Source of the DNA: Roseibacillus sp.
Lineage (GTDB): Bacteria; Verrucomicrobiota; Verrucomicrobiia; Verrucomicrobiales; Akkermansiaceae
NCBI GenBank assembly: GCA_965242925.1
Contig: CBDEUM010000012.1
Span: 1 to 64,000 of the forward strand
Length of the DNA: 64,000 bases
Direction of reading: 5' to 3'
Part shown: one piece after another, positions 10,619 to 22,470 of the stretch
Position numbering within the stretch: the first letter of the stretch is position 1
Layout: each line of letters begins with the position of its first letter
Program-made: the position numbers and the translations under genes
Notes under the pieces: model-generated
Databases searched by the model: none
The model's input: the letters and a program-made list of their open reading frames with translations, nothing else
Told to the model about the DNA's origin: nothing

Positions 10619-11317
10619 TCAGTCCCCCGGGCGGGCGGGAAGTTTACCGGTGTCGAGGTATTCGGTCGGATCGGTGAGCCCCGCGAGCTCGAAAGCTTCC
10701 CGTCGCTCCACGCAGGTCCCGCATTTCCCGCAATGGATCTCCCCTCCCCTGTAACACGACCAGGTCTGCGCGAAGTCAACCCCCAGTGCGTTCCCGCGCG
10801 CTGCGATCTCTTCCTTCCGCAACGAGATGAAGGGCCGGATCAGGTTGATCTTTCCATAGGTCCCCAGCTCGATGGCATCCCCCATGGAAGCCATGAACTC
10901 TTCCCGGCAATCGGGGTAGATCGCGTGGTCCCCGGAGTGGGCCGCGATGACCAGGCCCTCCGCCCCCCGGCTCTCGGCGAGGCCGGCTGCTATCGCGAGC
11001 ATGATCCCATTCCTGAACGGGACCACGGTGGCCTTCATGTTGGATTCCTCGTAGTGCCCCTCCGGGATTTCGCCTCCCGACTGCAGGAGATCGGAGTGAA
11101 ACAGTTCGTTCATGAACGCGAGCTCGATGACCTCGTGCAGCACTCCCAGTTGTTCGGCTTGATGGCGGGCCAGCGGAATCTCCCGGTGGTTGTGCTTGGA
11201 GCCGTAGTCAAAGCTCAGGGCCACCACGACCTCGTACTCCTCGCGAGCAGCGTGGAGAGCGACCACCGAGTCCATTCCGCCGCTGACGAGGACTGCCACC
11301 TTCTGTCCGCTTTTCAT
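10619..11317 (-). CDS. queC: 7-cyano-7-deazaguanine synthase
   Basis: SGGMDS PP-loop, VPFRNGIML, YPDCR, TWSCY...HCGKCGTCVER. Confidence 0.96.
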   Translation of the reverse strand: MKSGQKVAVLVSGGMDSVVALHAAREEYEVVVALSFDYGSKHNHREIPLARHQAEQLGVLHEVIELAFMNELFHSDLLQSGGEIPEGHYEESNMKATVVPFRNGIMLAIAAGLAESRGAEGLVIAAHSGDHAIYPDCREEFMASMGDAIELGTYGKINLIRPFISLRKEEIAARGNALGVDFAQTWSCYRGGEIHCGKCGTCVERREAFELAGLTDPTEYLDTGKLPARPGD

Positions 11318-11363
11318 GACTGAATTCTGGAAATGGTTTTCCCCAGTCTGCCCTGGGAAAATT

Positions 11364-11777
11364 CTACTCGCCCTCGGGGTAGCTGGCCGAGGCGGTGAGG
11401 CTGATCCCGCCACGAGGGGAGAACTCCCCCACCACAGTCATCCGGGCCGGACTGGCCGCCGCCACCAGGTCGTCGAGGATCCGGTTCACGATTTCCTCAT
11501 TGAAGGCGGGCTGGTTCCGGAAGGACGCGAGGTAGAATTTCAGGGCCTTGGTCTCGAGGCAAACGTTCGCCGGAACGTAGCTGATATGAATATGAGCGGT
11601 ATCCGGCTGTCCAGTGACCGGACAGAGGGAGCTGAACTCCGGACAGTCCAGCTCGATGGTGTAGGCCCGGCCGGGAGACTTGTTCGGAAAAGTCTCCAGT
11701 TTCGCCTCCTCCGGGGAGGAGGGCAACTTGCTCTCGTGCCCGAGGAGACTGAAATCATTTGACGCTCCACTGCTCAT
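11364..11777 (-). CDS. queF: NADPH-dependent preQ0 reductase (preQ1 synthase), unimodular type
   Basis: EFSSLCPVTGQPD, ETKALKFYL, FSPRGGI. Confidence 0.94.
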   Translation of the reverse strand: MSSGASNDFSLLGHESKLPSSPEEAKLETFPNKSPGRAYTIELDCPEFSSLCPVTGQPDTAHIHISYVPANVCLETKALKFYLASFRNQPAFNEEIVNRILDDLVAAASPARMTVVGEFSPRGGISLTASASYPEGE

Positions 11778-11832
11778 GTGCGCGGGGACGCTAGGGCAAT
11801 CCCGCACGTCATCCAACCCTGAATGCATGAGA
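11733..11832. repeat. Direct repeat A, copy 1 (queF promoter + first ~15 codons)
   Basis: 82/100 identical by manual ungapped alignment to 13554-13653. Confidence 0.9.
11788..11816 (-). promoter_or_regulatory. Sigma70-like promoter of the queF operon
   Basis: TTGGAT-17 bp-TAGCGT, 10 nt before ATG; both hexamers conserved in the second repeat copy. Confidence 0.55.
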
Positions 11833-11925
11833 TACCACAACTCCGGCAGGAGCCCCCGGCAGCTAAAATCGCCATCGAAAGCATGAGGTTGCCCCCGTCC
11901 GGGCAATCGGAATAATGAACGTGGC

Positions 11926-12552
11926 ATGCCGGACCACTCACATCTTGACGCAGTCCTCCCGGGTTTCTCGGAGGCTCGCGAAATCATCAAGACCGCCGAT
12001 GACTCGGTGTTTCCGCTCGGCTACAAGGGCTCCAAGTTTGACTTCTACCGTTTCGCCAATCGCTATCGGATGGCGGCACGCTTCCAGGGCCTCTCGCTCG
12101 AGGGGTTTGAGGAGGAGACCGAGGCTGGTTACTCCGCCCTGACCCGCGTGTTTCTCACCTGGTCTGTCTTCGAGCGCTACTCGGAGCTGGTCGGCGATCC
12201 CTCCCCCTACAAGCAACTTCTCTCCCTTGTCCCCAGAATCTCCTTCGCAGAACTTGCCGACCATATTGAGCGCCATGACCCGGAAAGGCGCCTCTTCGAT
12301 TTTCTCTACGAGCAGTCCCTTGAGCAGAACCGGCACTTCCTCGACCGCTACCGCAACGGCGACCGGCGCGGGGTCGTCTTCTATGCGGCCGCAATCCGCC
12401 ACATCTACGTCCACGGGCACCTGACCGCCCACCCCAATCGTTGCGAGGCTGCCAGCGTGCAGGCTATCTGCCACCGCCTCGCGGACTTCATCCTCAGCCT
12501 CGTCCGGGACGATTTCATCCGCCGCCTTGCGGTGGCACAAGGCTCCGCCTAG
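11926..12552 (+). CDS. Hypothetical protein, possible HEPN-superfamily domain
   Basis: 208-aa helical-looking ORF with R-x4-H (RHIYVH) near the C-terminus and FLTWSVFE upstream. Confidence 0.55.
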   Translation: MPDHSHLDAVLPGFSEAREIIKTADDSVFPLGYKGSKFDFYRFANRYRMAARFQGLSLEGFEEETEAGYSALTRVFLTWSVFERYSELVGDPSPYKQLLSLVPRISFAELADHIERHDPERRLFDFLYEQSLEQNRHFLDRYRNGDRRGVVFYAAAIRHIYVHGHLTAHPNRCEAASVQAICHRLADFILSLVRDDFIRRLAVAQGSA

Positions 12553-12596
12553 CCCGGACAGGGCACCCCCTCACTTCGCCTTGCCTGTCACCAGCT

Positions 12597-13598
12597 CTAC
12601 TTCGGCGTGGCCTCCCCATGCGGGTAGCGATAATCGGCCTTCTCATCAGTCGAGACCTTCCGGGTCAATTCGTCTGCGAGGGTGTAGAGAAAGAGCTTCC
12701 GGCCTGCGTGGTAGACGATGGCGGTCTCATCCTGCGTCCAGCGCGGGTAGGCAAACCAGACCGGCTTGCCCTCCTTGTTGGCAAAGGATTTTGCCTCACT
12801 GATGATCCGCTTCCCGGCATCAAAATCCGCGAGGTAGAGTGTCCGGCCGGGCACCCTGCGCTTGAAGCCACGGGTGTATTCAAAACAGATCTTCTTCTCG
12901 CTCGGTGAGATACTCACCCGGTCAAGTGTGCCAGCCTCGGCAAGATCGCAGGAGACCCGCTCAAAGGTGGGTTTTCCCTTCCGGTTCGGTGTCATGAGGA
13001 AATAGCCCCGCCGGTGACCGGGAGGATTGCCCCCCACAAAGATCCGGCCATCGCTGAGGCAGGTGTAAGCCCAGGTGTGATAGCCCTTCCCGGTGAGAGC
13101 ATATTCCTCTCCCGGCCGGGCTCCCACCCGGCTCGCCATCACCCGGAAGGCCCCGGTCTGAAGATCCCGACGATTCCAGATGGGGGTGTTGGTTCCATCC
13201 CTGGTCCAGGTCTGGTTGAAGTCGGTGTGGGTGCCGTCGGTGAGCTGGTGGAACCCGCTACCGTCCACCTTGATGATGCAGATCGCGGTCTTCCACTTAA
13301 CTACGTCCGGGTCGTTCTTGAGGCGCCGGAAGAACACCAGCATGTCCCCGGTCCTCGACCACGAGGGCTTGAAATCCCAGTGCCCTTTCGTCAGCGGCTT
13401 TCCTTCCCGCGTGCCGAGGACATTCACATGAATCTCCCCGTCCTTGTAATAAGACGACCGGTGGCCCGTTTCGGCCCCAGCCGACAAGTCGTCCGACAGG
13501 GCCGCGAGGAGGAGGGCAACCATGAGGAAGGCCCCGCGGGAGAAGGCCCTGCCCTCCTGCCCGGCGCGACTGAAATCATCTGACGGTCTGCTCCTCAT
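12597..13598 (-). CDS. TolB/PD40-like beta-propeller protein
   Basis: LT...PSWS..G, QTWT.DG, ISPS, YPRWT.D repeats; hydrophobic leader; N-terminus homologous to the queF start. Confidence 0.7.
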   Translation of the reverse strand: MRSRPSDDFSRAGQEGRAFSRGAFLMVALLLAALSDDLSAGAETGHRSSYYKDGEIHVNVLGTREGKPLTKGHWDFKPSWSRTGDMLVFFRRLKNDPDVVKWKTAICIIKVDGSGFHQLTDGTHTDFNQTWTRDGTNTPIWNRRDLQTGAFRVMASRVGARPGEEYALTGKGYHTWAYTCLSDGRIFVGGNPPGHRRGYFLMTPNRKGKPTFERVSCDLAEAGTLDRVSISPSEKKICFEYTRGFKRRVPGRTLYLADFDAGKRIISEAKSFANKEGKPVWFAYPRWTQDETAIVYHAGRKLFLYTLADELTRKVSTDEKADYRYPHGEATPK

Positions 13599-13653
13599 GC
13601 AGGCAGGGACGCTAGGGCAATCCCGTAAATGATCCAATCCTGAATGCATGAGA
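13554..13653. repeat. Direct repeat A, copy 2
   Basis: Matches 11733-11832 at constant offset 1821. Confidence 0.9.
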
Positions 13654-13946
13654 GAATATCTCTCGAACGGGCTCCTCTCCCGTCAGACACACCGAAAAAA
13701 GAGCAGGTTGCCACACACCCAGTGCCCGGGACACCGGCGCGGCGTGCCGGGCCCGGATCCATCGAATACCGACCCATTGGAAAATCCTTTCGGGAATTTG
13801 GGTGATTTCCAGGATGGTTGGCTCAAAGTCCTGCGGACGGAGTGGTCGATATGCTCTCGCCGGAAAGAGGCTCTTGGAACATGCGCCCCATCCGATCTAA
13901 GAGCACGAAGCCTTCCTTCGTCATTCCTTCCCCAAATTCCTCAGAT

Positions 13947-15792
13947 ATGAAAACGATCCTGCCCGTTCTCGCCATCCTTTACCTGTGTCCGCAGGCCCTT
14001 GCCCAGGACACTGCCCCAACGCCTATTCGCGTTACTGAAGGCCCCATCCTCGGGCGCCCCGCACCAGATTCCATGACCCTCTGGGTCCGGACCGAGCGAC
14101 AAGGTGAAGTCGAGGTCTTCTACGGGAAAGAGGCCGGCAAGCTCGACCGTTCCATCACCTTCAAGACCCGGGGACCCGAACACGACTACACCGGTCTTCT
14201 TACTATCGGCGAGCTCGCCCCCGACACCCGTTACCACTACCGGATCGCGGATCACCAGTTGAAAGGATCGTTCCGCACCATGCCCCGGGCAGAGGATTAC
14301 AGGAACCCCGGGGGCAACCCCGAGGGATTGTTCAACTTCCGCTTCGAGTTCGCCTGCGGCAACAATCCGAAAGGCGCTGGTGACAGCGTGGGGCCGACCC
14401 TCCCGATCTTCGACACCCTGAATGCCAAGGTGCGCGACCAGATCCACTTCGCCATCCTCAATGGCGACTGGCTCTACGAGACCCGCCGTGACTACCCGCC
14501 CGGGGAATGGCTCCACCAGGTCGGTCTGGCCAGGGACGACGCTCCCCACATCGTCCGCCACGCTCCCACGGTCGTCGGGGTATGGCAGAACTACAAGGAC
14601 CTCCTGCACCGGGGCCGCAACCTGGCCGAGTGGCACCGCCACATGCCGACCTATTTCACCGCCGACGACCACGAACTGATCAACGACATCTACGGGACCG
14701 CCGAGACCGGCTACGTCAACCGACGGGCCGTCTTCCGGGACATCGCCACCCAAGCCTGGTTCGATTACCTGGCCTGGGCCAATCCGGTGAGACACGATGC
14801 CCCGGCCTGGTTCGGCTCAGCAGAATTCAGGAAAGGCAGCGACGTCCTGGAGGACGACGAGGCCGATTTCACCAAACTGGACCTCACCGCCATGGCCAAC
14901 CTGCACGTGCACTGGGGCACGCCCACCGCCGGAGTCCCCGATTCCAAGCCTGGACGCCGAACCAGGCAACCCAAACTCGGCGGTCTACGATATCGTGAAG
15001 GTGCTGGGACCCAACAAACTGCAGGTGAGCTCCAGCAGCCCGGGCAGACGGAGTAGCCTCGTATTCCATCGGGCGACGCTGCTACGGGAAATTCACCGTT
15101 TCCAATTGCGACTTCTTCCTCCTCGACACCCGTAGCCACCGCAACCTGCACAACGTGGACAAGCCCGGACAACCCGAAGGCCACCATGCTCGGGAAGCAG
15201 CAACTGAAGTGGCTCATGGACGGCATCCGGGAAGAGCAAGTCCGACTTCATCTTCGTGGTCTCCTCGGTCAACTTCATGGTGCCCCACGTCGGCAGCGGG
15301 GGCGGAGACGACAAGCAGGCCACCATCAAGAAGGACGATGCCTGGACCGTGTTCCTCAAGGAGCGCGAGGAACTCATCGAGTTCTGGGACGATCTCGACA
15401 AGGCGGTCTTCGTGCTGACCGGCGACCTCCACAACAGCTTCGCGATCAAGATCACGGACAACGTCTACGAATTCGCCAGCGGCCCGCACAACTCGATCAA
15501 CCACGCCCCCATGAAGGACGAGGGCGGCCGCCCCGCCAATGGCAGGTTCAAGTACGGCCCGCGGGCCTGCGACATCCGCTGGTCAAGCTATGCCATGGAA
15601 GATATCCCCCGGGCCAACCGCACCTTTCCCCATTATTGCGTGGTCCAGGTCAACAACGTTTTCAACAACCCGGTCGAGCGCGACGGTGAGCGCTGGTTCG
15701 CCTTTCCTCATCCCCAGGTCATCTTCCAGTTCCACGATGCGATCACCGGGGAGCTCCGTTATTCCGAGACCATCGTGCTGGGCCTGGACTAG
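13947..15792 (+). CDS. phoD: Alkaline phosphatase D family protein (several frameshifts 14940-15240)
   Basis: Signal peptide, N-terminal purple-acid-phosphatase-like domain, GDWLY, DDHE, LDTRSHR, MLGKQQLKWL, LTGDLH. Confidence 0.75.
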
Positions 15793-15900
15793 GATAAACG
15801 AACTGCCCAGCGAAGGCAGCGCGCCAGGACCGGAACGTGGAGGGCACGGCATGACCAGTGGCCCCATCTTTCGTGCCGTATGGGAATGGACTGGCGGGCT

Positions 15901-18900
15901 TTACGGCACGATCCCGATGCGATAGTAGCGCTCGGTCGATCTGCGGCGTCGCGTTGGTGTCAAGGAATGAGGTCGTGAGCCCGGCCGAGGCCGGGACGGG
16001 TACGCCCCGACATCCTGCCAGCTGTCCAATCGTGAGATCGCTTGAGGACTGGCACTGATATGTCTTGCCCGGCACACTCTTCCACGTCAACAGGACCTCG
16101 CCCTGTAGTTGGAATGCGCGAAGGCCGAAACCAGGGTGAAGGAGGATGAAGGAATTCAGCGGGTCCGTTCCCGCAGCGACCTCGGTGCTGTCATCAACAC
16201 CGTCCCCGTCGGAGTCTGCCTTCAGAGGATCGGTGCCGAGGACCTGTTCCTCGTGCGTCGGTGAGACCGTCCCCGTCTGTGTCCGGGCCGGGCCCGGTCC
16301 CGGCATCACTGCTCCCGGGCGTTCCACCGATCTGCAAACTGGAGCGCCAGTTTGCATGGGATCGTTGTAGTCTCCGTTCACGTCGATGACTTCAAGTGAA
16401 CTGCCGTTCCCATCAGCTTCGAGGGGCCATGGCACCTCGTCATCATAGGTGAAGTCGTGGATGGGATTCCCGAAAATATCACGGAGGACAATGCGCTCAC
16501 CACCATTGGAAAGGAGACCGCCCGGCCACTGCTCGAGGATCCTCGGACCAATACCGTATTCGGCCTGGAAGGCGACCTGATCGTTCACCACCAATCCCAC
16601 TTCGCCGGCACTCAGGACCAGTGGCCCAAAAATGAATTCGTCAAACGGACGGGTGCCTTCAAAACGGATTCCATCCAGGCTGAAAGCATTATCACTGATG
16701 TTGGCCAGCTCGATATATTCAAGCGATTCTCCACCCGGAGGATTATACATCACTTCCGTAATACGCAGAAAGTCGATCGCTCCCGAGAGGCGCTGCGGAT
16801 CGACGAGGAGGACATAATCGAAATCGCTCCGTAACGACTGTGGTGTGTCTGTAGTGGTGAATATGCCTCCCTTGTTGACCGTCGGCGAGGCGGCGAGGGC
16901 GCGACTGTGCACATTAATCCAGATTTCGTCGACCCGATGCTCAAAGTGGAGCATCGCACCCTCACGCCGGATGCGGAGCTCAGCTCTCCCTATTTCCCAT
17001 GGAATGGAGGCGAGCGAGATAACGGCCGCGCCCTGCATTCGCCTGGCGCTGATGCTGCTGCCGTTTTCCAGTCCAAAGGTGTAGCGACTCGTGACCCCTG
17101 CCTCGACGGTTTCCACGATCAAGCCCGTGTGAAAATCACCGAACTGACGGGTGTCCAGCGAGATATCGGTCTGCAGTGACCAGTCTGTATCGTTTGGCAT
17201 CACGCGCCACAGATGCGGGAAGGCAGTCCCACCAATGGCAAGCGGCTTGGCGGAATCCTCGAGGACCTGGAGCAGGAAATTGCCCGGATTGTCCTCCGTC
17301 GAGTACCAGGTACTCGGGGAGTAGTTGCCGCGCGGTTCGAGATTACCGAGTTCCCAATGACCCTCCAGGACGGGACTGGAGAAAGGGCTGAAGTCCTGCG
17401 CGTTATAAACAGCCACTTCCCGCGTGACACTGCTTTCCGCTTCCTGGTCATCTGTCACGGTCACGGTGAACTCATAGAGACCGGGACGGGAAAAAGTTGC
17501 GGTCGCCAGACTTCCGGCGGAACCGAGGTTCACGTCCGCCGCGGGAGAGACCGTCCAGGCATAGCTCAGAAGTCCTCCTTCAGGATCAAAACTGCCCCCG
17601 GCATCCAGTTCCAGCGTCTCTCCCACTCCAATATTCAACGATTCCGGGGTGCTGTCGAAGTCGACAATGGGTGGCGCGTTTCCGCTTTTGCTGATCACGA
17701 ACACTGACGACTCCACCACCTCGCCTTCCCGGTCCAGGCCATCGACCATTAGAGAATTCCGTCCGGACTGCAGATAGATCCCCGAAAGCGCCCACTCGGT
17801 CGTGCTGATCCACTCAAACTCCGTGTCAGGCTGACCGGCAATCCGCACCTCATAGACCCTCGAGGGACTGGTTCCGCTGAGCGTGATCATATTCGCCGAA
17901 GTCCCCCCGCTGGTGTTTGCCTCGTCGCGTGTCGGACTCGCAAAAAGAAGCCAGCTGCTGCTACCATCCCCCTGTCGCCCCAGGGACCGCCCGTCGAGCG
18001 GCATGGTCGTGTCGATGGCGTTGATCACGGATTCTCCGTCGGGAGCAGTCAGATAGACCACCGTTGCCGGGTTGACCGTCAACGAGGACTCGGTGAATCC
18101 GACCGATCCGAAACCCATCGGTGAAACGAGAATGTTGTCGTTGATGCGGAATCTGGTCAGGTTCCCTGCCGAATCCGAAAGATAGTGATTCTGGAGGTTA
18201 ATGGGCGCGGCAGTGGGGTTGAAGAATTCGACGAATCCTGCCCCCGGACCGGCTGGCAGCACCTCGTTGATTACGAGTCCCCCGCCTCCCGGCACTGAAA
18301 TGCTGAAGCGGGCCCCAAATACCACATCGGAGCTACCTTCGTTCGTCTGGTGCACTTCGGCGGCGAGGACGTTGGCACCCGGGACAAGCGCCGAGCCATC
18401 CCCGCTGACCACCCCGAGTTCTTCCGTGGCATTGCCGATGGTTCGACTGGCATCCGTCTTCCATCCCGCTCCCGCCGAAACCCCGGCCCCACCTATGGGA
18501 GTGCCGTTGAGATAGTAAGTCGCTCCATCATCGACGATCTGGTCGACCGTGATTGTCACCCCAACGAGACTTCCGGTGTACTCGAATTCCTTTCGGAAAT
18601 AGTAAGTGATGTGGTTGGCCGCATTGTCGCTGTTGAGAAGTGGCGTCCGGATGCCCGGTGCCGGAAGGCCCGAGTTTTCAAATCCGTAGAGCCCCCCGAC
18701 ATTGCCCGCGTCTCCCTCGCGCGTCCAACCCGCGTGCGAGTAGTTATAGTCTGCGGCTCTCCAACTTGTCCCGAGATCGATGTTCTGGTCATTGAAGTCC
18801 CAGGCATCTCCATAGTTGATAAAGGGAATACCCGCCGAGAGGTTCACTTCAGGATCGGGATGAGTCGCCTCCGTCGTCACTGCGAAGTTCGTATTGTCGA

Positions 18901-21900
18901 GGGACGACCCAATGAAGCCCTCTACCTCTCCCACGCGACTGTTAAACCAGCTTGCGTACTTGGAAGACACGGAATAGGAACTTGAGGCATTCTCCTCAGC
19001 CTGAAGCCAGGCCGCCGTGCGGGCAGAGTTCCGCGTGTGCTTCTCCAGTAATTCCGTGAGGTAGTAGTTCAACATCCTCCGGACGTATGGCTTGTAGAAG
19101 TAATTACGAACGCCCGAGAGATTTCCCATGATGTTCTCGCCGGAGTTTTCGAACACGCGGTCTCCATCCCAGTGCACCAGCATCCAGAGGCCATCGGGCT
19201 TCCGGTAAAAATAACCGTTCTTTCCCCGGCGAAGGGTCAGGGTGTCCCAATCTCCGTCGTATCCCCGGACCGCTGCGTTCAGAGCCGCAAGATCCGTGTC
19301 GATGAGCCGTTCAATCTGTGGTCGGTTGAAACTGTTGGTCCCCACCTTATTTACAAACTCGATAAAGCTCGTGTAGTCATAGTCCGTTTCACGTGAGCGC
19401 ATGAGCCATTCGCTATGATAGCGAGTCGCTTCATCAGTTCCCTTGTAGGACCAGTCGGCATTCCGGCTCCCTCGCCCGAAGTCGTCCTCGTACCACCACT
19501 CGTCATCGATCCGGAGGAGGGTTCCGCGGTTCCCCTCGCTGAAGTTGCGGTTCAGGAAATCATTGGCGATCGGCTCCATGTCATCGCGCACCGAAGCGCT
19601 GCCCCCATTGATGATCACGCGCACAAACTCGGCCTCGGAAACAGGATGTCCCATCTGGTAGAGGAAATAACGGGCAATGCGATCATCGTGGTCGACCGAT
19701 GGGTCAATCACGCTCTTCTGCCTGCCGCGAAAATGCCGGTCACCCGGGAGTTTCCACTTCCCGTGATCCAAGCCGTTTCCACTCGACCTCGTGAATGGGC
19801 TGCCGCTCTTACGGAGCTCAGCGTTGTAGTAGATATCCGCCTCATTCGAAATGAAGGTGGCGTTGAAATAGTGGTTCGACATGCGGGGAAAGTCATACTG
19901 GTACTTGGACGAATGCCCGGAGCTTGTGCTGATCGCATCACGGTCATACGCGGAGATGACAAAGCGCTGGGTACGCAGGTCAGAGGGGATCGAACTGTTG
20001 TCCACCACCCACATGGCGGGGCGCTCGGGACCGAGTTTTGGCAGCAGAGTAGATTCTCCGTTTGCTCCCTCGGCCCGGATATAGAACTGAACGATTCGGT
20101 TGTCCGCCTGGTGCTGGGTCAGGGTCGCGGTATAGATCCCGTCGCCGGCGATGTCGTCTCCACCCGAGGAACCATTGTCAAACATTGCGCTCGAACGCCA
20201 TTCTCCGTTGCCATTGTTGTTGTCCGCACGGTGCAACACGGTAACGGTGGGCACTCCATTCGGCGACAGCACGCGCGCCGTGATCTTCACGGAATCGCTC
20301 GACCTGGGAACGGCAGGACTGTGCAGGACGCTGGCCACGGTGGGTGCTGGCCCACTTGAGAGGATCCTCGAGTTCCGGGCGCCCGGCGTCCCGAGATTAT
20401 CGGGGATGGGTATGAGCCATGCCTTGCCGATACTGTGATCCCAGGTTTGCGTGATCAGGCGCGGCTTACCCGAGATCCAGCGCGCGTCGAACTGAATAGT
20501 ATAGGATGCATTGTCATTGATGCCGGTGCAGTCGATCTCGGCACGGTTTGCCTTGTTGTCGCCATGCCCATCGGAGATCAAATGCAACTGACCATTTCGG
20601 AGGTGGCTCGCCCAGTGGGTGCCCTGGCAGAGCCATCCGCTGGCACTCGAACCATTGGTCGCGTGTGAAGTCACGTTCTGCAGCTGATTGCCCCCGTTCC
20701 CATTCTGGCGCAGGCTGATGTTTTCCAGCAGAAGGTAGGAATCTCCCACCAGGTGCATGTGGAACTCCTTGTAGTCGGACGCGGATCCCCTGCTGTTGTT
20801 CTGTCGGTAGGTGCCGGTGTGGGTGAAGGTCTCCATCGTGCTCTTCTGGCTCTCGTCGCTGTCCGCCCAGCTGGCCGCGGCGTCGTTATCCATGTCGGGA
20901 TGCTTCAACTCCATGCTGCTTCCATCTCCGTCGGCGAGTTCCGGCCAATCCCCACCGGGCAGATAGTCGACCTCGTCTACCAGGTTCCCCCATCCGTCCT
21001 CCAATCTCACGAGTTCTCCGGAATCCCTCAGCTGGCCAGTAAAATTACCGATGATCGGCAGTGCCCCATAGGCAGATTCCATCCACGCTCGATCCGCCGC
21101 CACGACGAGATAGGCCCCGTCATTCAGGATGGTATTTGCTGGAAATGTGAAATCGATCCCATCGACAAAGCGCCACCCCGAGAGGTTCACCGGCCCATCC
21201 CCCCGGTTATAAAGTTCGACGAACTCGCCATTGCGATGATCCGAAGGAAGATCATACATGATCTCATTGATCACGATGTCATTGTTGCGCGTGGGATTGT
21301 TGGGCGCATCGCGCGTCGATGTTTCCGAGGAAAACCAATCACTGGATCCTGCAGGAAGTGTCTGCATGGAGTTCCTGCCAACCGCCCTGGCTACCCGGGC
21401 GGATGCCAGCACATTGTCAGCGCCGTCGATGAGAAAGAACGAAATCTCGTCCGATCCGGAAGGCACTGCGAAGGGAGCAGCCCAACTGCTGTAATCTCTG
21501 CCAGCTACCGATCCACTTAATGGCACCTTGTCGGAAAAATCCGGCAACGTTGCAACGAAGAGAGCGCCGACGCTGGTCGTGCTCTCACTCGAATTGTGAA
21601 GCTCGATCCAGTCAATATTATCCAACCCATCGGCAAATTGCACTTCGCTGAATGTCAGCGCTACCGCGAGTCCGGAGAGATCGTCATCTCTCCGCCCGGG
21701 AGATCCCCCGTTCCTGTTACTCACCCGCCAGTTGCGCCAGTTGTCAACGAGCCGATCTTCATTTTCTACCACAAGGCTGTGACCCGTTCCGTTCGCAGCA
21801 ATGGGCCAGTGACCGTCATTCCCATAATTTACCGAACTTACGATGACCCCATTCTTATCCTTGAGAGTGACACGCTCGCCGCCGTTGTTGAGAGCCCCGG

Positions 21901-22240
21901 ACCATGGACCATATATTTTCAGGCCTCTCGGTATGCCCGGGTAGGCTGCGCGCAAGGCTGCCTCATCGACGGATGCGACAAGGACCCGCTCGAAGCCTTG
22001 CAGAAACATGCGCTGCGAATCGGCTGCGGAAAAACCGGGGAATTCGTAGTCCACTCCATTCGTGAATTTCCATTTAGCAAAGTCGAGCGGAGTCGCGGTG
22101 AGGTTCTGCACTTCGATGTATTCAGGCAGCGAACCCGCCGGACTGTACATGATTTCGCTAAAGATAACCTGCTTGGCCTTAAGGGGCGGAATCGAAATCA
22201 GGACAAGCGCAAGCGCTGAAAGGAATTTGAGAGGGTTCAT
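15901..22240 (-). CDS. Giant secreted protein: multiple lamin-tail domains, CotH kinase, PKD, TSP3-like repeat, C-terminal domain (3' frameshifts)
   Basis: Repeated (S/N/T)EIMY..EFVEL.N LTD motifs; KNGYFY...WDGD CotH-like core; DSDGDG repeat; likely true end ERYYRIGIVP* at 15901. Confidence 0.8.
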
Positions 22241-22470
22241 AATGGGGGAATGTTCCCGCGCCTATCGATCCGGGCACTCCCAAGATCGTGACGTTGAGAT
22301 ATCCCGACTGCAAGGTCTGCTTTCCGATTCCCATTTAAGGAGCGATGAATCGACGATCTCTCACGGTAAGGATTGGAGGCGTATTTTATCCTGCGATGGT
22401 GAGCGGCGGGCACATTTCCAGCTCTCCTCTCGCAAAAAGAATACTAGCCCAATTGCGTTAGATCCATACG

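Noticed and set aside
8609..11777. queF/C/E cluster as a 7-deazaguanine DNA-modification (dpd) or QueC-based defence system
   Set aside because: QueF, QueC and QueE are canonical tRNA-pathway types; no dpdA/TGT paralog, Qat or CBASS genes are in the window.
11778..11925. preQ1 riboswitch upstream of queF
   Set aside because: No recognisable preQ1 aptamer or A-rich tail; the inferred promoter leaves no room for a leader.
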